A DNA stretch of 64,000 bases from Octopus bimaculoides (lineage: Eukaryota). Within the stretch, counting starts at the first letter, position 1. Each line of letters begins with the position of its first letter. Positions 51,546 to 63,380 of the stretch are shown here, piece after piece. Location of the stretch: NCBI RefSeq assembly GCF_001194135.2, contig NC_068983.1:29913511-29977510 (forward strand), written 5' to 3'. The notes below the pieces were generated by a model, which was given only the letters and a program-made list of their open reading frames with translations, searched no databases and was not told the origin of the DNA. The position numbers and the translations under genes are program-made.

Positions 51546-51608
51546 AACTTGGCAAACGAGGAAGATGACAACCCAAAGTCTTTCCGTCAACGCTTTTCTT
51601 TTGCATAA
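51546..51608 (+). CDS. Pfk: Candidate distal alternative terminal exon of Pfk (NLANEEDDNPKSFRQRFSFA*)
   Basis: Strong acceptor (branch-like ggtaac, tract ttcttttctttacttttctcctcag); phase 0 fits the internal donor after 34622; AATAAA at 52006-52011. Confidence 0.55.
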   Translation, partial: NLANEEDDNPKSFRQRFSFA

Positions 51609-51876
51609 CTGATACTGGTTATTGAGTCATGGAAAAAAAGCTATTACCTGACTTGGTATTTATAACAGACGATGCTATCAAATTTTATAAAATCTTACTA
51701 GAACTAGGACCAGATATAAAGAATTTCAGCGTAGAAAATTATTTAGGAATACCTTGGCTTCTTTCTTTTATTTTCATTGCATTTTTGCATGCAAGATTTT
51801 CCTTTTCACAAAATTCACTCACACGCATCACATGCATGCATGTACACACCACACACTTTAAATATTTTATCTGAAG

Positions 51877-51908
<32 letters not shown>

Positions 51909-52160
51909 CATAAATATATAGTATTAGGGAAAAGAACCAAGGTTTATGAACTCATCGATGAAAATCCACTGTCACATATAGAAAAAAATTTATAATTAGA
52001 AGTACAATAAATAAGTATAATATAATACAAAGTAAATACCATAAGATCAAGATAGTAAAATGACTACACGTGTTTCATAACCAATTTTCAAATAGAAAGA
52101 AATTTAAATCGATTAATAGTTTTTACCTGTAATTTTGAATTTTATCCCTAATATTATATA

Positions 52161-52282
52161 TAGAAACTCTGCCAAATTAGATTGGAGCCTGGTGTTGCCA
52201 TCCGGTTTCACCAGTCCTCAATCAAATCGTCCAACCCATGCTAGCATGGAAAGCGGACGTTAAACGATGATGATAATGATGA
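52161..52282 (+). mobile_element. Family D 3' fragment
   Basis: Same 3' block. Confidence 0.85.
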
Positions 52283-52611
52283 CACACACACACACGCACA
52301 CGCACACGCACACACACACCTAGAATACTGAAGCATTGATAAAACGCAAATTTTTTTTTTTTTTTTTCGTTTTGCCTTTCTAAATCTTTGACTTTTAGGT
52401 ATCAGAATTGTAAAATATATTTTATGAAAAGAGAGCAACTAACTACTCTGAATAAACATATTTATCTAAAAATGGAATATGCTTATTCATACTTTAAACC
52501 ATTACTCCAATAAATGCAAATATAAAAAAATTTTTATGTTGTTATTTCTTCTAATGCATATTACAACTGTTTTTATTTTTTTAAACTATCCTTCATATCT
52601 TTTATCTGTTA

Positions 52612-52926
52612 TCTTTTACTTGTTCCAGTCATTAGATTGTGGCCATGCTGGGGCACAGCCTTGAAGAATTTTTAGCTGAATGAATTGACCCTAGTACTTT
52701 TTTTTTTTAAGTATGGTACTTATACTATCATCTCTTGCTGAACTGCTAAGTTATGGAGGACATAAACACACCAACACTGGTTGTCAAACATACACATAAC
52801 AGGCTTCTTTCAGTTTCTGTCTATCAAATACACTCAGAAGGCTTTGGTCAGCCCGGGGCTATAGAAGAAGACACTTGCCCAAGGTGTCACGCAGTGGGAC
52901 TGAACCCAAACCATGTGGTCTGGAAG
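52612..52926 (-). mobile_element. SINE family A, left arm of a head-to-head pair
   Basis: Reverse-complement body ending at catgtggtctggaagc. Confidence 0.8.
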
Positions 52927-53218
52927 CGTGGTACCTTGGGCTGACCAAAGCCTTGTGAGTCGATTTGGTAGACAGAGACTGAAAGAAGCCCATCGTATGT
53001 ATATGTTTGTATTTGTATTTATCTCCCCTTCCACCATCGCTTAACAATCGATGCTAGTGTGTTTATGTCCCTGTAACTTAGCGGTTCAGCAAAAGACACA
53101 AATAGAATAAGTACTGGGCTTACAAAGAATAAGTTCTGGGATCTACTTGTTCGACTAAAGGTGGTGCTCCAGCATGGCCGCAGTCAAATGACTAAAACAG
53201 ATAAAAGAGTAAAAGAGT
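52927..53218 (+). mobile_element. SINE family A, right arm of a head-to-head pair
   Basis: Starts at gtggtaccttggg, ends aaaagagtaaaagagt. Confidence 0.85.
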
Positions 53219-53629
53219 ATGCAAAGATACTCCTTTCCCAAATCTTCTAAAGTTAAGAACAATTCGTACTGTAGGTTATGTTAACCTTTTTGTCTTTTTG
53301 TATGCACCGAAAATAATAGAAGCAGAAAGTCTATTATTTAATTTTCTTTGTTGTCAATGGGATGTGAAACTTTAATAGTTCTCTTGAGCCATATGTTGGA
53401 GTTCACATCCCCTCACCCCCCATAGAAGTTTATCTTTATCAAGACAGTCATTGTGTCATACACCAGCTGTTGCTTATTAACTTTAAAATATATTTGATTA
53501 ACCCTTTAACTGCCAAATTTTTGTATTCATGTTGTATCTGGGAAGAGTCGTTCTCTTTTGGTGCCTTTTAATTTAATACACTCACCGTTAAAATTTCCAT
53601 TGTTTCTTTTTTATTTTTCTAAAATTTTC

Positions 53630-54034
53630 GCAGGAGTGGCTGTGTGGTAAGTAGCTTGCTTACCAAGCACATGGTTCTGGGTTCATTCCCACTGCGTGGC
53701 ACCTTGGGCAAGTGTCTTCTACTATAGCCTCGGGCTGACCAAAGCTTTGTGAGTGGATTTGGTAGACGGAAACTGAAAGAAGCCCGTCGTATATATATAG
53801 ATGTATGTGCGTGTATATGTTTGTGTGTCTGTTTTTGTCCCCCTAGCATTGCTTGACAACCGATGCTGGTGTGCTTATGTCCCCATCACTTAGCGGTTCA
53901 GCAAAAGATACCGATAGAATAAGTACTAGGCTTACAAAGAATAAGTCCTGGGGTCGATTTGCTCGACTAAAGGCGGTGCTCCAGCATGGCCGCAGTCAAA
54001 TGACGGAAACCAGTAAAAGAGTAAAAGAAAGAGT
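53630..54034 (+). mobile_element. SINE family A, full length
   Basis: A/B boxes, body and tail intact. Confidence 0.9.
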
Positions 54035-55329
54035 TGCATCTTGGAACCTTTTCAATAGTTTTGACTATTCATATTTTTTTACTTTGTCAGGTGTCGTAGG
54101 AGTTAAAATGATGTATAGTATTCAAATTTTCATGTAAATTATTTTGGAAATTATGATAAATTTTTTTTGAAAAGTCCCAAATAGGGATTGTTGAATAAAA
54201 GCATATTTATCCTTTTTATTATTCAATTGCAATAATAAACATTTTAGTTCTTTTGAAACTATAGTGTCAGATGTGAATGTGTATGAAATATCAATGAATG
54301 ATATAGATGGGAAAGGCAAAAAAAAGAAACCTTTTCACAACAATCAATATTTTTGTAGTTCAAATCTCGGAGAGCGCGGACCTCCGCCAAGCAGCTCATT
54401 TCCACCCATATACATGGCCTAAATGCTTGCAACAGTGGGCTGTGGTAAAAGCATGCAAAGTGCCATAGGCAAGTGTTGAGTTGGGTAATAGATTATAGCT
54501 ACCACCCAAGTAGGCCATAGTGGGATTTGACTCAGAATACAAGGATCCAGAAAAAATACAAGACATCCAGTCTGATGTTCTTTTATTTTCCCCCAATCTG
54601 CTTCTCTGATGCTTTTAATTGACCCTGAAAGGATGAAACAATACATGGTCCAGCCTTTGTTTTGATGTGATGGCCTGTGTGCTTCAGTGATCCCAAGAAC
54701 TATGCCAGTGAAGTGCAAACTCCTTGTAGAGCCTCCCATGATGGGTAGATCAAAAGATGGAGGTTAGACTAGTATGGACCACATCTTTCCAGAGATAAAA
54801 ATGGGTTTACATAGAGCCAACACCCCATAGCTTGTAAAAAGCAAATTTTCAGAAGCATCAATGACAATTCAAAACCAACAAAATCTAGGAGAGGAAGGCC
54901 TTCCCTCAGGGAAAAATATGATGAAATGAAATACTGGGGAAGAGGTGAAAAAGTTGGAATCCAGCTGGAGAGAAGAATTGTGGTTTAGTGAATTGTAGGA
55001 AAGCATAAGAGAGAATGAAATGGAAAGATTGCATGCAATACTTAATACAGTTTGAAAGAAGACAAAGTTACTATAGATTGTAAAGATAAGTGAATAAAAG
55101 ATATTTGTAAATGATTAGAATAGACTTCGTTGGATTACTAAACCTAACTGAAATTTATAGAAATTGTATTAATAAAGTATTCTAAGCTAAATAGAGATTG
55201 TTATGGTTGCAGTGATTGGCCATTGCAAAGGAAAGATAAGAATGAAATAAACTGTGGCAGTGGCTGCAGCAGCAGCAATGGTGGTGGTGGTGGCGATGTT
55301 CAAATAATGGTGTTAGACACAAAGTAAAT

Positions 55330-55660
55330 GTTAGTGTGTCCTATTCTCAAGAAGAATAACCTTTCTGATCTTTTCAGCTAATGTTCTATCTAACATTTGA
55401 TAGGTGACGAAGACAGAGTCAAACAATCTTCTTTTATCACCTTGAGTCACTCTCCCTTTTCAAAGACAACTAATATAGCTACCATGGAGCTTATATCTTC
55501 CGGAGGCCTGCTTTGTTTCAGCACATGCCAGTAGTCTCTTATCTTTAAGGACTTTAATAAAAACAATGTTATTGCTTTTAACATCAGCAAAGGCTTTGAC
55601 TAGTTTGGCAGTGACTCTCAATTACATGATTCAGTTAAGTTCCCTGCAATTTTACTTCTG
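55330..55660 (+). mobile_element. CR1/L2-superfamily LINE RT relic
   Basis: PILKKNNLSD (PIPKKGDxS-like) and VIAFNISKGFD* (VALDISKAFD-like). Confidence 0.65.
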
Positions 55661-55785
55661 CATTACTTCTGTACATTAATGACCATGAATTTATTTCTTA
55701 TACACACACAATCCAATACTACTAATACTACTACCCTTCACTCCTTTTTAACTATCCACACATAGGAACCATTTCTACACAACAT

Positions 55786-56349
55786 TGGTTCAATTTCGAT
55801 TTCGAAGTCAAATCGAAATTGAACCATATTCGATGGCTGGCGCCTGCACCAGTGGAGCACTGATGGTGCTGTCCGAGCGTGTTCATTGCCAGAGCAGCTG
55901 TCTAGCTTCCGTGCTGGTGTCCCGTAAATGGCACCGTTTGAGCGTAATCGTTACCAGCGTCGCCTTCTAGCACTTGTACTGGTGGCACGTTAGAAAATCA
56001 TTCGAGCGAGGTCGTTGCCAGTGCCGCTTGACTGGCTCCCGTGCAGGTGGCACGTAAGAGAACACCTTTTGAGCGAGGCCGTTGCCAGTACCGTGTGACT
56101 GGCCCTTATGCCAGTGGCACGTAAAAGCACCCACTACACTCTCGGAGTGGTTGGCATTAGGAAGGGCATCCAGCTAAAGAAACTCTGCCAGATCAGATTG
56201 GGGCCTGGTGCAGCCTTCTGGCTTGCCANNNNNNNNNNCAGATTGGGGCCTGGTGCAGCCTTCTGGCTTGCCAGTCCTCAGTCAAATCGTCCAACTCATG
56301 CTAGCATGGAAAGCGGACGTTAAACGATGATGTAGATGATGATGATGAT
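55786..56349 (+). mobile_element. Family D, long copy (contains a 10-N gap)
   Basis: Co-linear with the 24273 copy; begins with a 17-bp hairpin. Confidence 0.85.
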
Positions 56350-56492
56350 TGGTGTCTCATACTAGATTTGCATTGCTGTCATAAATAATGATCAAAACAA
56401 CATCTTCGATAAGGGACAAGGCAGCCTAACCTCTTCCAGTAGCAATTCTCAAAAAAGAAAAAAAACAGAAAGAGTCAGACATTCTTCTAAAT

Positions 56493-56763
56493 CAGTGGGT
56501 CCCAAACTCTTTCAGGCTACAGCCCGCTTGGCACCTGGGTCACATTCCTAGCACCACCACCCCACTTATGAACACCACAAATATAAACCACTTTCTGCAG
56601 TAAATTCATAACTGCATTACACAAATAAAACTTAACCTAATTAACCCATTATTTTATTTTCTTTTACATCCATTGCCCCTCTTTTCTTCAATGCCTTCAT
56701 GGATCTTTCCACTGTCCCCTCCCCAGGAGGTGGTGGCAGTACCATTCACTTTGGGAACCACTG
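56493..56763. mobile_element. hAT (Charlie-like) MITE
   Basis: TIRs CAGTGGGTCCCAAAC / TTTGGGAACCACTG; 8-bp TSD ttctaaat / ttttaaat (7/8). Confidence 0.8.
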
Positions 56764-56809
56764 TTTTAAATGAACATTGTGAACATTTAAGAGAAAGGAA
56801 TTTGGACAT

Positions 56810-57818
56810 CACCGTAACGGCTTAATTTCTGAAATAAAAATGAAAAAGAAAAAACCTAGAAGACGCAATGTGCATGGACAACATCATCATAGTGAATGGT
56901 CCACTAGTGATTGGACAGTACAACTGTGGTTTGAGAGATTCTGAAGTGGAGATGAGAGCCTTGAAGATCAAGAAGGTAGAGGATGTCCATCCACCCTTGA
57001 TCAGCATTTGGAAACAACAGTCAATTGCATATTTCCAGGATGACATTGTACAAGTTCACAGACTTGAGATATGAGACTTTACCCCATCCTCCATATTCCC
57101 CTGATCTTTCACCCACTGACTATCGCTTTTTCAAGTATCTAGACACTTTTTTAAGACAAAAAAAACTTCCGTTTTAAAACTGAGGTTGAAACTAAATTCA
57201 AGAATTTCTTGGTATCAGAACTTTTGAATTTGTATTGAAGAGACATAAATGACCATGTTAATCGATAGGAGAAATGCAGAGCTGTTCAGGGATCATATTT
57301 TGAATAATTAAACCTTTGTATAAGTTCAGTTTTTCAGAGAGAATAAATCAAGACACTATATACAATCATGACTTGTCTTGGCAGATGTCATTCATCTTCA
57401 TTTAGAAATAATGATGAATATCAAAGAAGGGTTAATAAATTTGAAGAAAAACAATTTTCTAAGCTTTCAAATATATAGATCATAAATCACAGAATATGGA
57501 ATTTAATCTGGAAAATCTGCTCACCTATGTTATGTGCTGTCTCCCCATTGTATGCTCAAATCTTTGAAGTGAGGAAAAGCAGGACTGGTGCCAGGTCTTG
57601 CATTCTGATACCTTGTGTGTGTTTTTATGTCTGTGTTTGTCACCCCACTCTCACTACTTGACGACTGGTGTTTGTTGGTCCCCAGATAGCAGTTTGGTAA
57701 AAAGAAACAGGTAGAATAAGTACCAGACTTTATAAAACGTAAGTACAGGGTCAATTTGCTTTGGCTGTGGCCTTTAAGGCAGCTAAAATCATGATGTTAT
57801 TTTCCAAACAACCTAATA
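56810..57818 (+). mobile_element. Internally deleted mariner (Tc1/mariner) transposon relic
   Basis: TVQLWFERF*SGDESLEDQEGRG (HTH), PHPPYSPDLSPTDY (YSPDL motif) and C-terminal EKC...GSYFE*; candidate right TIR gttattttccaaacaacctaata+TA at 57795-57820; later insertions split the 3' end. Confidence 0.8.
57570..57765 (-). mobile_element. SINE family A remnant
   Basis: Degenerate match to the 3' half. Confidence 0.55.
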
Positions 57819-57931
57819 TATCTCACTTGAAGTACACTACTTGTGTTGCAGTTAATTTTGAATTTAGTAAAATAACTGTCATTTGCCAGTATTAAGCCGA
57901 TGTTTAGAACATAAATTATCATGAAATATTG

Positions 57932-58142
57932 GTTTCAAATTTTGGCACAAGGCCAGCAATTTCGGGGGAGGGGATAAGTTGATTACATTGACCCCAGTGT
58001 TAACTGGTACTTATTTTATCAACCCCAAATGGATAAAGGGAAAATCAACCTTGGTAGAATTTGAGCTCAGAACGTGCAGATGGACTAAATTCCGCTTACC
58101 ATTTTGCCTGGCATGCTAGTGATTCTGCCAGCTTGCTGCCTT
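57932..58142 (-). mobile_element. SINE family E with 17-bp TSD (1 mismatch)
   Basis: TSD ATTATCATG(A/G)AATATTG at 57915-57931 and 58143-58159. Confidence 0.85.
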
Positions 58143-58596
58143 ATTATCATGGAATATTGATAGAAAGTTTTCATTAAGACTAATTTAAAACATTGAGTTT
58201 TTATCAAAGAACCGGGAACACTCTCAAGTGATTTGGCACCGAAAGGATTGAATAAAACAGATTAGGAATGGAGCAGTGGAGAATGGAGCTAATAGGGGAG
58301 CAAGGAGAGTGACCACTTGCCACTTTTGCATTTTTATTGAAGAGACATAAATGACCAAGTTAATCAATAGGAGAAATGCAGAGCTGTTCAGGGATCATAT
58401 TTTGAATAATTAAACCTTTGTATAAGTTCAACTTTTTTTTTAACACTTTAGTTACCTATATCAGTAGTTGTGAGTTTCATACATAATGAGATTGTCACTG
58501 AAACATGAAATTAATGAATGTAGAATACAATTGCATATATCATAACTAATGGAATATTTCTTGTAATATAAGAGAAATGAGTTGAAAATTGGTATA

Positions 58597-58875
58597 GGCA
58601 CAGGCGTGGCTGTGTGGTAAGAAATTTGCTTCACAACTTTCATGGCTCTGGGTTTGGTCCAACTGAGTGGCACCTTGAGCAAGTATCTTCTACTATAGCC
58701 TAGAGCTGACCAAAGCCTTATGAGTGGATTTGGTAAACGGAAACTGAAAGAAGTCTGTCATGTGTGTGTGTGTGTCCCACTACCACTTGACAATGGGTGT
58801 TGGTGTGTTTACATCCCTGTAACTTAATGGTTTAGCAAATGTAACTTAATGGTTTAGAATAAGTACTAGGTTTTA
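58597..58875 (+). mobile_element. SINE family A, diverged and 3'-truncated, with internal 22-bp tandem duplication
   Basis: Head ggcacaggcgtggctgtgtgg; gtaacttaatggtttag present twice. Confidence 0.75.
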
Positions 58876-59667
58876 AAAAATCAAATATCATATCGTATAT
58901 CATTGTAAACTGGATACGATATGATATATATCCACTATTGCAATTATAATTATCTCTGGAAAATACCCACACGGATTCTTTACATGGATGTTTACTGTTG
59001 GAATGGAACTATACTCCAAGTACTTTTTCTTCTTTGTTNNNNNNNNNNNNNNNNNNNNNNNNNNNNNNNNNNNNNNNNNNNNNNNNNNNNNNNNNNNNNN
59101 NNNNNNNNNNNNNNNNNNNNNNNNNNNNNNNNNNNNNNNNNNNNNNNNNNNNNNNNNNNNNNNNNNNNNNNNNNNNNNNNNNNNNNNNNNNNNNNNNNNN
59201 NNNNNNNNNNNNNNNNNNNNNNNNNNNNNNNNNNNNNNNNNNNNNNNNNNNNNNNNNNNNNNNNNNNNNNNNNNNNNNNNNNNNNNNNNNNNNNNNNNNN
59301 NNNNNNNNNNNNNNNNNNNNNNNNNNNNNNNNNNNNNNNNNNNNNNNNNNNNNNNNNNNNNNNNNNNNNNNNNNNNNNNNNNNNNNNNNNNNNNNNNNNN
59401 NNNNNNNNNNNNNNNNNNNNNNNNNNNNNNNNNNNNNNNNNNNNNNNNNNNNNNNNNNNNNNNNNNNNNNNNNNNNNNNNNNNNNNNNNNNNNNNNNNNN
59501 NNNNNNNNNNNNNNNNNNNNNNNNNNNNNNNNNATATATATATATATATATATATATAGCTCCTACATAGTTTCCATATACTCATGAGGCATTGGTCAGC
59601 CCAAAGCTCTAGTGGAAGACACCCAGGTTTACTAATATCATAATGATAAAATATTAGACAACAATCC

Positions 59668-59860
59668 TTTCTACTATTGGCACAAGGCCTGAAATTTTGG
59701 GGGAGGGGTCTAGTCAATTACATTGATCCCAGTGCTCAACTGATACTTATTTTATTGGCCCTAAAAAAAATGAAAGGAAAAATCAACCTCAGGATTTGAA
59801 TTCAGAACATAAGGACTCACTATTTTGTTCAGCATGCTAACCACTCTACCAGTTGGCAGC
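59668..59860 (-). mobile_element. SINE family E, diverged
   Basis: Co-linear with the 57932 copy. Confidence 0.65.
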
Positions 59861-59861
59861 C

Positions 59862-60283
59862 TTTTACTCTCTTTACTATTTACTCTTTTACTTGTTTCAG
59901 TCATTTGACTGTGGCCATGCTGGAGCACCACCTTTAGTCAAGCAAATCGACCCCAAGACTTATTCTTTGGAAGCCTAGTATTTATTCTATCGGCCGCTTT
60001 TTGCCGAACTGCTAAGTTACGGGGATGTAAACACACCAGCATCGGTTGTCAAGCGATGTTGTGGGGACAAGCACAGACACACAAACATATACACACACAT
60101 ACATATATATATATATACATACATACGACGGGCTTCTTTCAGTTTCCGTCTACCAAATCCACTTACAAGGCTTTGGTCGGCTCGAGGCTATAGTAGAAGA
60201 CACTTGCCCAAGGTGTCACGCAGTGGGACTGAACCCAGAACCATGTGGTTGATAAGCAAGCTACTTACCACATAGCCACTCCT
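59862..60283 (-). mobile_element. SINE family A, full length
   Basis: Reverse complement of the 16043 copy. Confidence 0.9.
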
Positions 60284-60827
60284 ATTATTTGAAATTAATA
60301 AAACAACATTAAAGTGTTATGAAGTGTGTTAAGAAACGTTACTAGAAATTGATCTAGAAACTCAAGTTGCACTCATTATTTTACTGATTATGTTGTGCCA
60401 TAAATAATATGGGTGATGTAGTTGGTTTTAATAAATTCTTAGTAAGTGTAGGATCAAAACTAACACAGAAAAATCAATAGACTAGAAACAACCAAAGGAG
60501 GGCTCTGATAATAATTACAGGGACAGAAATCTGAGTTTTGAATCTCTGTCAGCTGAGAGAGATGGAACTGGGAAAACGAGGTTGATGTTAGATAATGAAA
60601 TAGGGTTACTGAGTGGAAAGACCTTTCAAAATGTTTGAAATCCATGGGAAAATTCTATTATGTTTAGATCATGTTCACGTGCCTGCTTCCATTGTTACTA
60701 CCATCAGAGTATACAAATATACAAAGGAGCCTCTATGAAGTTGTTGAAATAGCAACCCAATCCTCTGTTAAATTACATTCTACCTTCTTGAAAATGTTGG
60801 GGTGGGGGACATTTTAATATCATCATA

Positions 60828-61150
60828 ATCATCATCATCAACATTATTTAACATCCCTTTTCTATGCTGGCAAGGGTTGGATGATTTGGCAGGATATAGT
60901 AAACCACAGGGTTGTGTCAAGCTCCGGTGCCAGCTGCTTTGGCATGTTTTCTACCGCTGGATGCCCTTCCAAATGCCAACCACCTTATAGTGTGTACTGG
61001 GAGACAGCTGCACCAAGCTCCAGTTGTTTGTTTTGACATGGTTTCTATGGCTGGATGCCCTTCCTAATGCCAACCACTTTACATAATGTACTGGGTGCTT
61101 TTTATATGGCACCAGCACAGGTACTTTTGACATGGAACAACACCAGCAGG
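60828..61150 (-). mobile_element. Family D-related diverged copy
   Basis: ggatgcccttcc(t/a)aatgccaaccac present twice; (CAT)n at the start. Confidence 0.65.
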
Positions 61151-62159
61151 GTCACCAAATAACTTGTAAGACAAACACCTCAAAGCTGAGAGAGGGAGTG
61201 GAAGTGAGGGAAGGGGCTGTGTGCCCGGCAAGAGGTTAGAGCATAACAGAGGGACAGAGATAGTTGTCTGATTATAGAGGGAAAACTTGGTTACCCCAGT
61301 AGGACAAGAAGGAAAGTGGGAGAGAGTTACAGAGAAAGATAGAGAGATAGTTAGATAGATAGAGAGAGAAATAGATGGTGTTGGAGATGTATTGGGGCTA
61401 TAAACAGAGGACAGGAGGTGAGTATAAGTAGTACAGAGGGGATAGCAAAGCATGTTCCATAAGAGTGTGAGGAGATATATTAAGAGATGGGGAGGACATG
61501 ACTGAAGCAAATGAAGATAAAAGAAATTGGAGTGGCTTTATTAAGGTAGATATGTGAGGGCAGGGAGAGTAGGCAGATAGGTACATGAGAGAGAGAGTGG
61601 GAGGGCCAGCAGTAAATGGGGACATATGAGGGCGAATGGAGGCAAGGGGCCTACAGTAGGTATTGGGCTGATGAGGGAGTTTTTACAGAGGACAGATAAT
61701 ATGCATAGGGCAGCAGGGGTGTATGGCCATAGAGGACATGACTGTATAATCCACGAATTAAAACTTCTACAGAGCTTTAATCTAATGTATTCACTATGTA
61801 TGTACAATTGACTTTTGTTGTTTTTTTTTGTTCTTGGATTTGCCTCTGTGTGTGTGCGTATAAATAAATAGATGTAGATATATATATGTACGTATCGTAT
61901 GTGTATGTGTGTGTATGTGTGCATGTCTGTGTATGTGTGCGTGTGTGTAGATGTCAATATACAAAACTACATAAACGCAATAAAGTATTTCCCTGGTGAT
62001 ACATTGTGGTTAAGCATCCAGTTACACTTGGAATATCCAATGAGGTTCAAAACAACCAAACAATCCCAATGGCGAAACGTACGTAGGCAACAAATATAAG
62101 CGTTGTCTTTATCATAAGTTCACACACATACACATATATACACACACATATACATACAT

Positions 62160-62168
62160 ACGCACACG

Positions 62169-62228
<60 letters not shown>
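62160..62228. repeat. Compound (CA)n(TA)n microsatellite
   Basis: Direct reading. Confidence 0.9.
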
Positions 62229-62230
<2 letters not shown>

Positions 62231-62790
62231 GGATGCAACAGTGCGTCTACCTGAAAGTTAACATCACACGCATCTTGAGGTACACGCAATCTCTTGCACT
62301 ATTCTACAATGATCATGTCATTCTTTTGAACGAACAGCTGGAATATTCCCTAATCGTGGAAACAAACAGAAATCCATTTACTTGCTTTTAAAATATAACT
62401 ATCAAACCTAGATTTTAATACCACACCTACTACTACTACTACCAACAAAAAAAGTGGAGAGAAGGTGAGCAAAATTAAAATAAAATAATAGAACACGTGT
62501 GAAAGATTATAGTTCACGTAATGCAGGTTTAATTATGAGTAATTGCCCAGTTTCCAAATTGATTTGGAAGACATGAAGAATAATTACAGAAAGATGTGAG
62601 GTGAAAGCGAGGCTTTAGTATTAATTCCCATCAGGCTACACTATAACAATGACAAGACCCAGGCAGCTGAGCTTGTTTATGTGGTAAGTCTCTGAAAATC
62701 CTTGTTTTCTTAGTGTTGACGCCTAAAACAAAACAAAAGAGAGGGAAATAGATTGGGGGGGAAAAAATACAGCAACCATGTTTAGAAATG

Positions 62791-62800
62791 ATGACGTCAT
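62791..62800. promoter_or_regulatory. Full palindromic CRE (ATGACGTCAT)
   Basis: Exact TGACGTCA consensus, near candidate 5' exons of a downstream gene. Confidence 0.45.
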
Positions 62801-63311
62801 TTAATCTGCATAATGGCATTTTAAATACTGTAAACTTGACAAAGCTTTAGGTATAGAGAAGATACATAGTTTTAAGTGTTGTAGCGATGGTGGTAGAGTG
62901 GAAGACAAGTAATTGGTTCTTTTATACACATGTTGAACTTTTGGCAGTACCATTTCTGCAGGAGACAAAGCAAAAAAAAAAAAAACAAAAAAAAAACACC
63001 GAATACATTTAATTTTCACGGTTGAATCTATTAAGGAAAGAAAATTTTTTAATAGTAATGTTGAATACTAGGAGTTTATTGTTAATTTGAGAGTTATTAA
63101 AGCTTTGTAGTAAGCTAACGTTCTAAGAAATAATAAACATGGATTTGTATTTGTTAATAAAGTCGAATAGTTTTTTAAAAGTGTCTTCTGCTGTTTTTTC
63201 TCTTCGAAATTGTCTTAATTGAAAGATTGATAGAATTAATTGCTTCCTATTTTTCGCACAGCCGTCAGAGTTCTGTATGCAGACATTCTAGATATATATA
63301 TAAAAACATCA

Positions 63312-63380
63312 ATGTTTGATTTAACTCGAAGAGAAAGGATTATGGTACTTCGGTTTTTGTTATTGTTAACAAACATTGTC
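63312..63380 (+). CDS. Candidate first coding exon of an unidentified downstream gene (MFDLTRRERIMVLRFLLLLTNIV; signal peptide/anchor-like)
   Basis: Acceptor ttcctatttttcgcacag| (exon from 63262), phase-0 donor |gtatgt at 63381, upstream donor GTG|gtaagt at 62684. Confidence 0.4.

Noticed and set aside
56195-56275. 35-bp direct repeat on both sides of a 10-N gap
   Set aside because: Typical scaffolding overlap artefact
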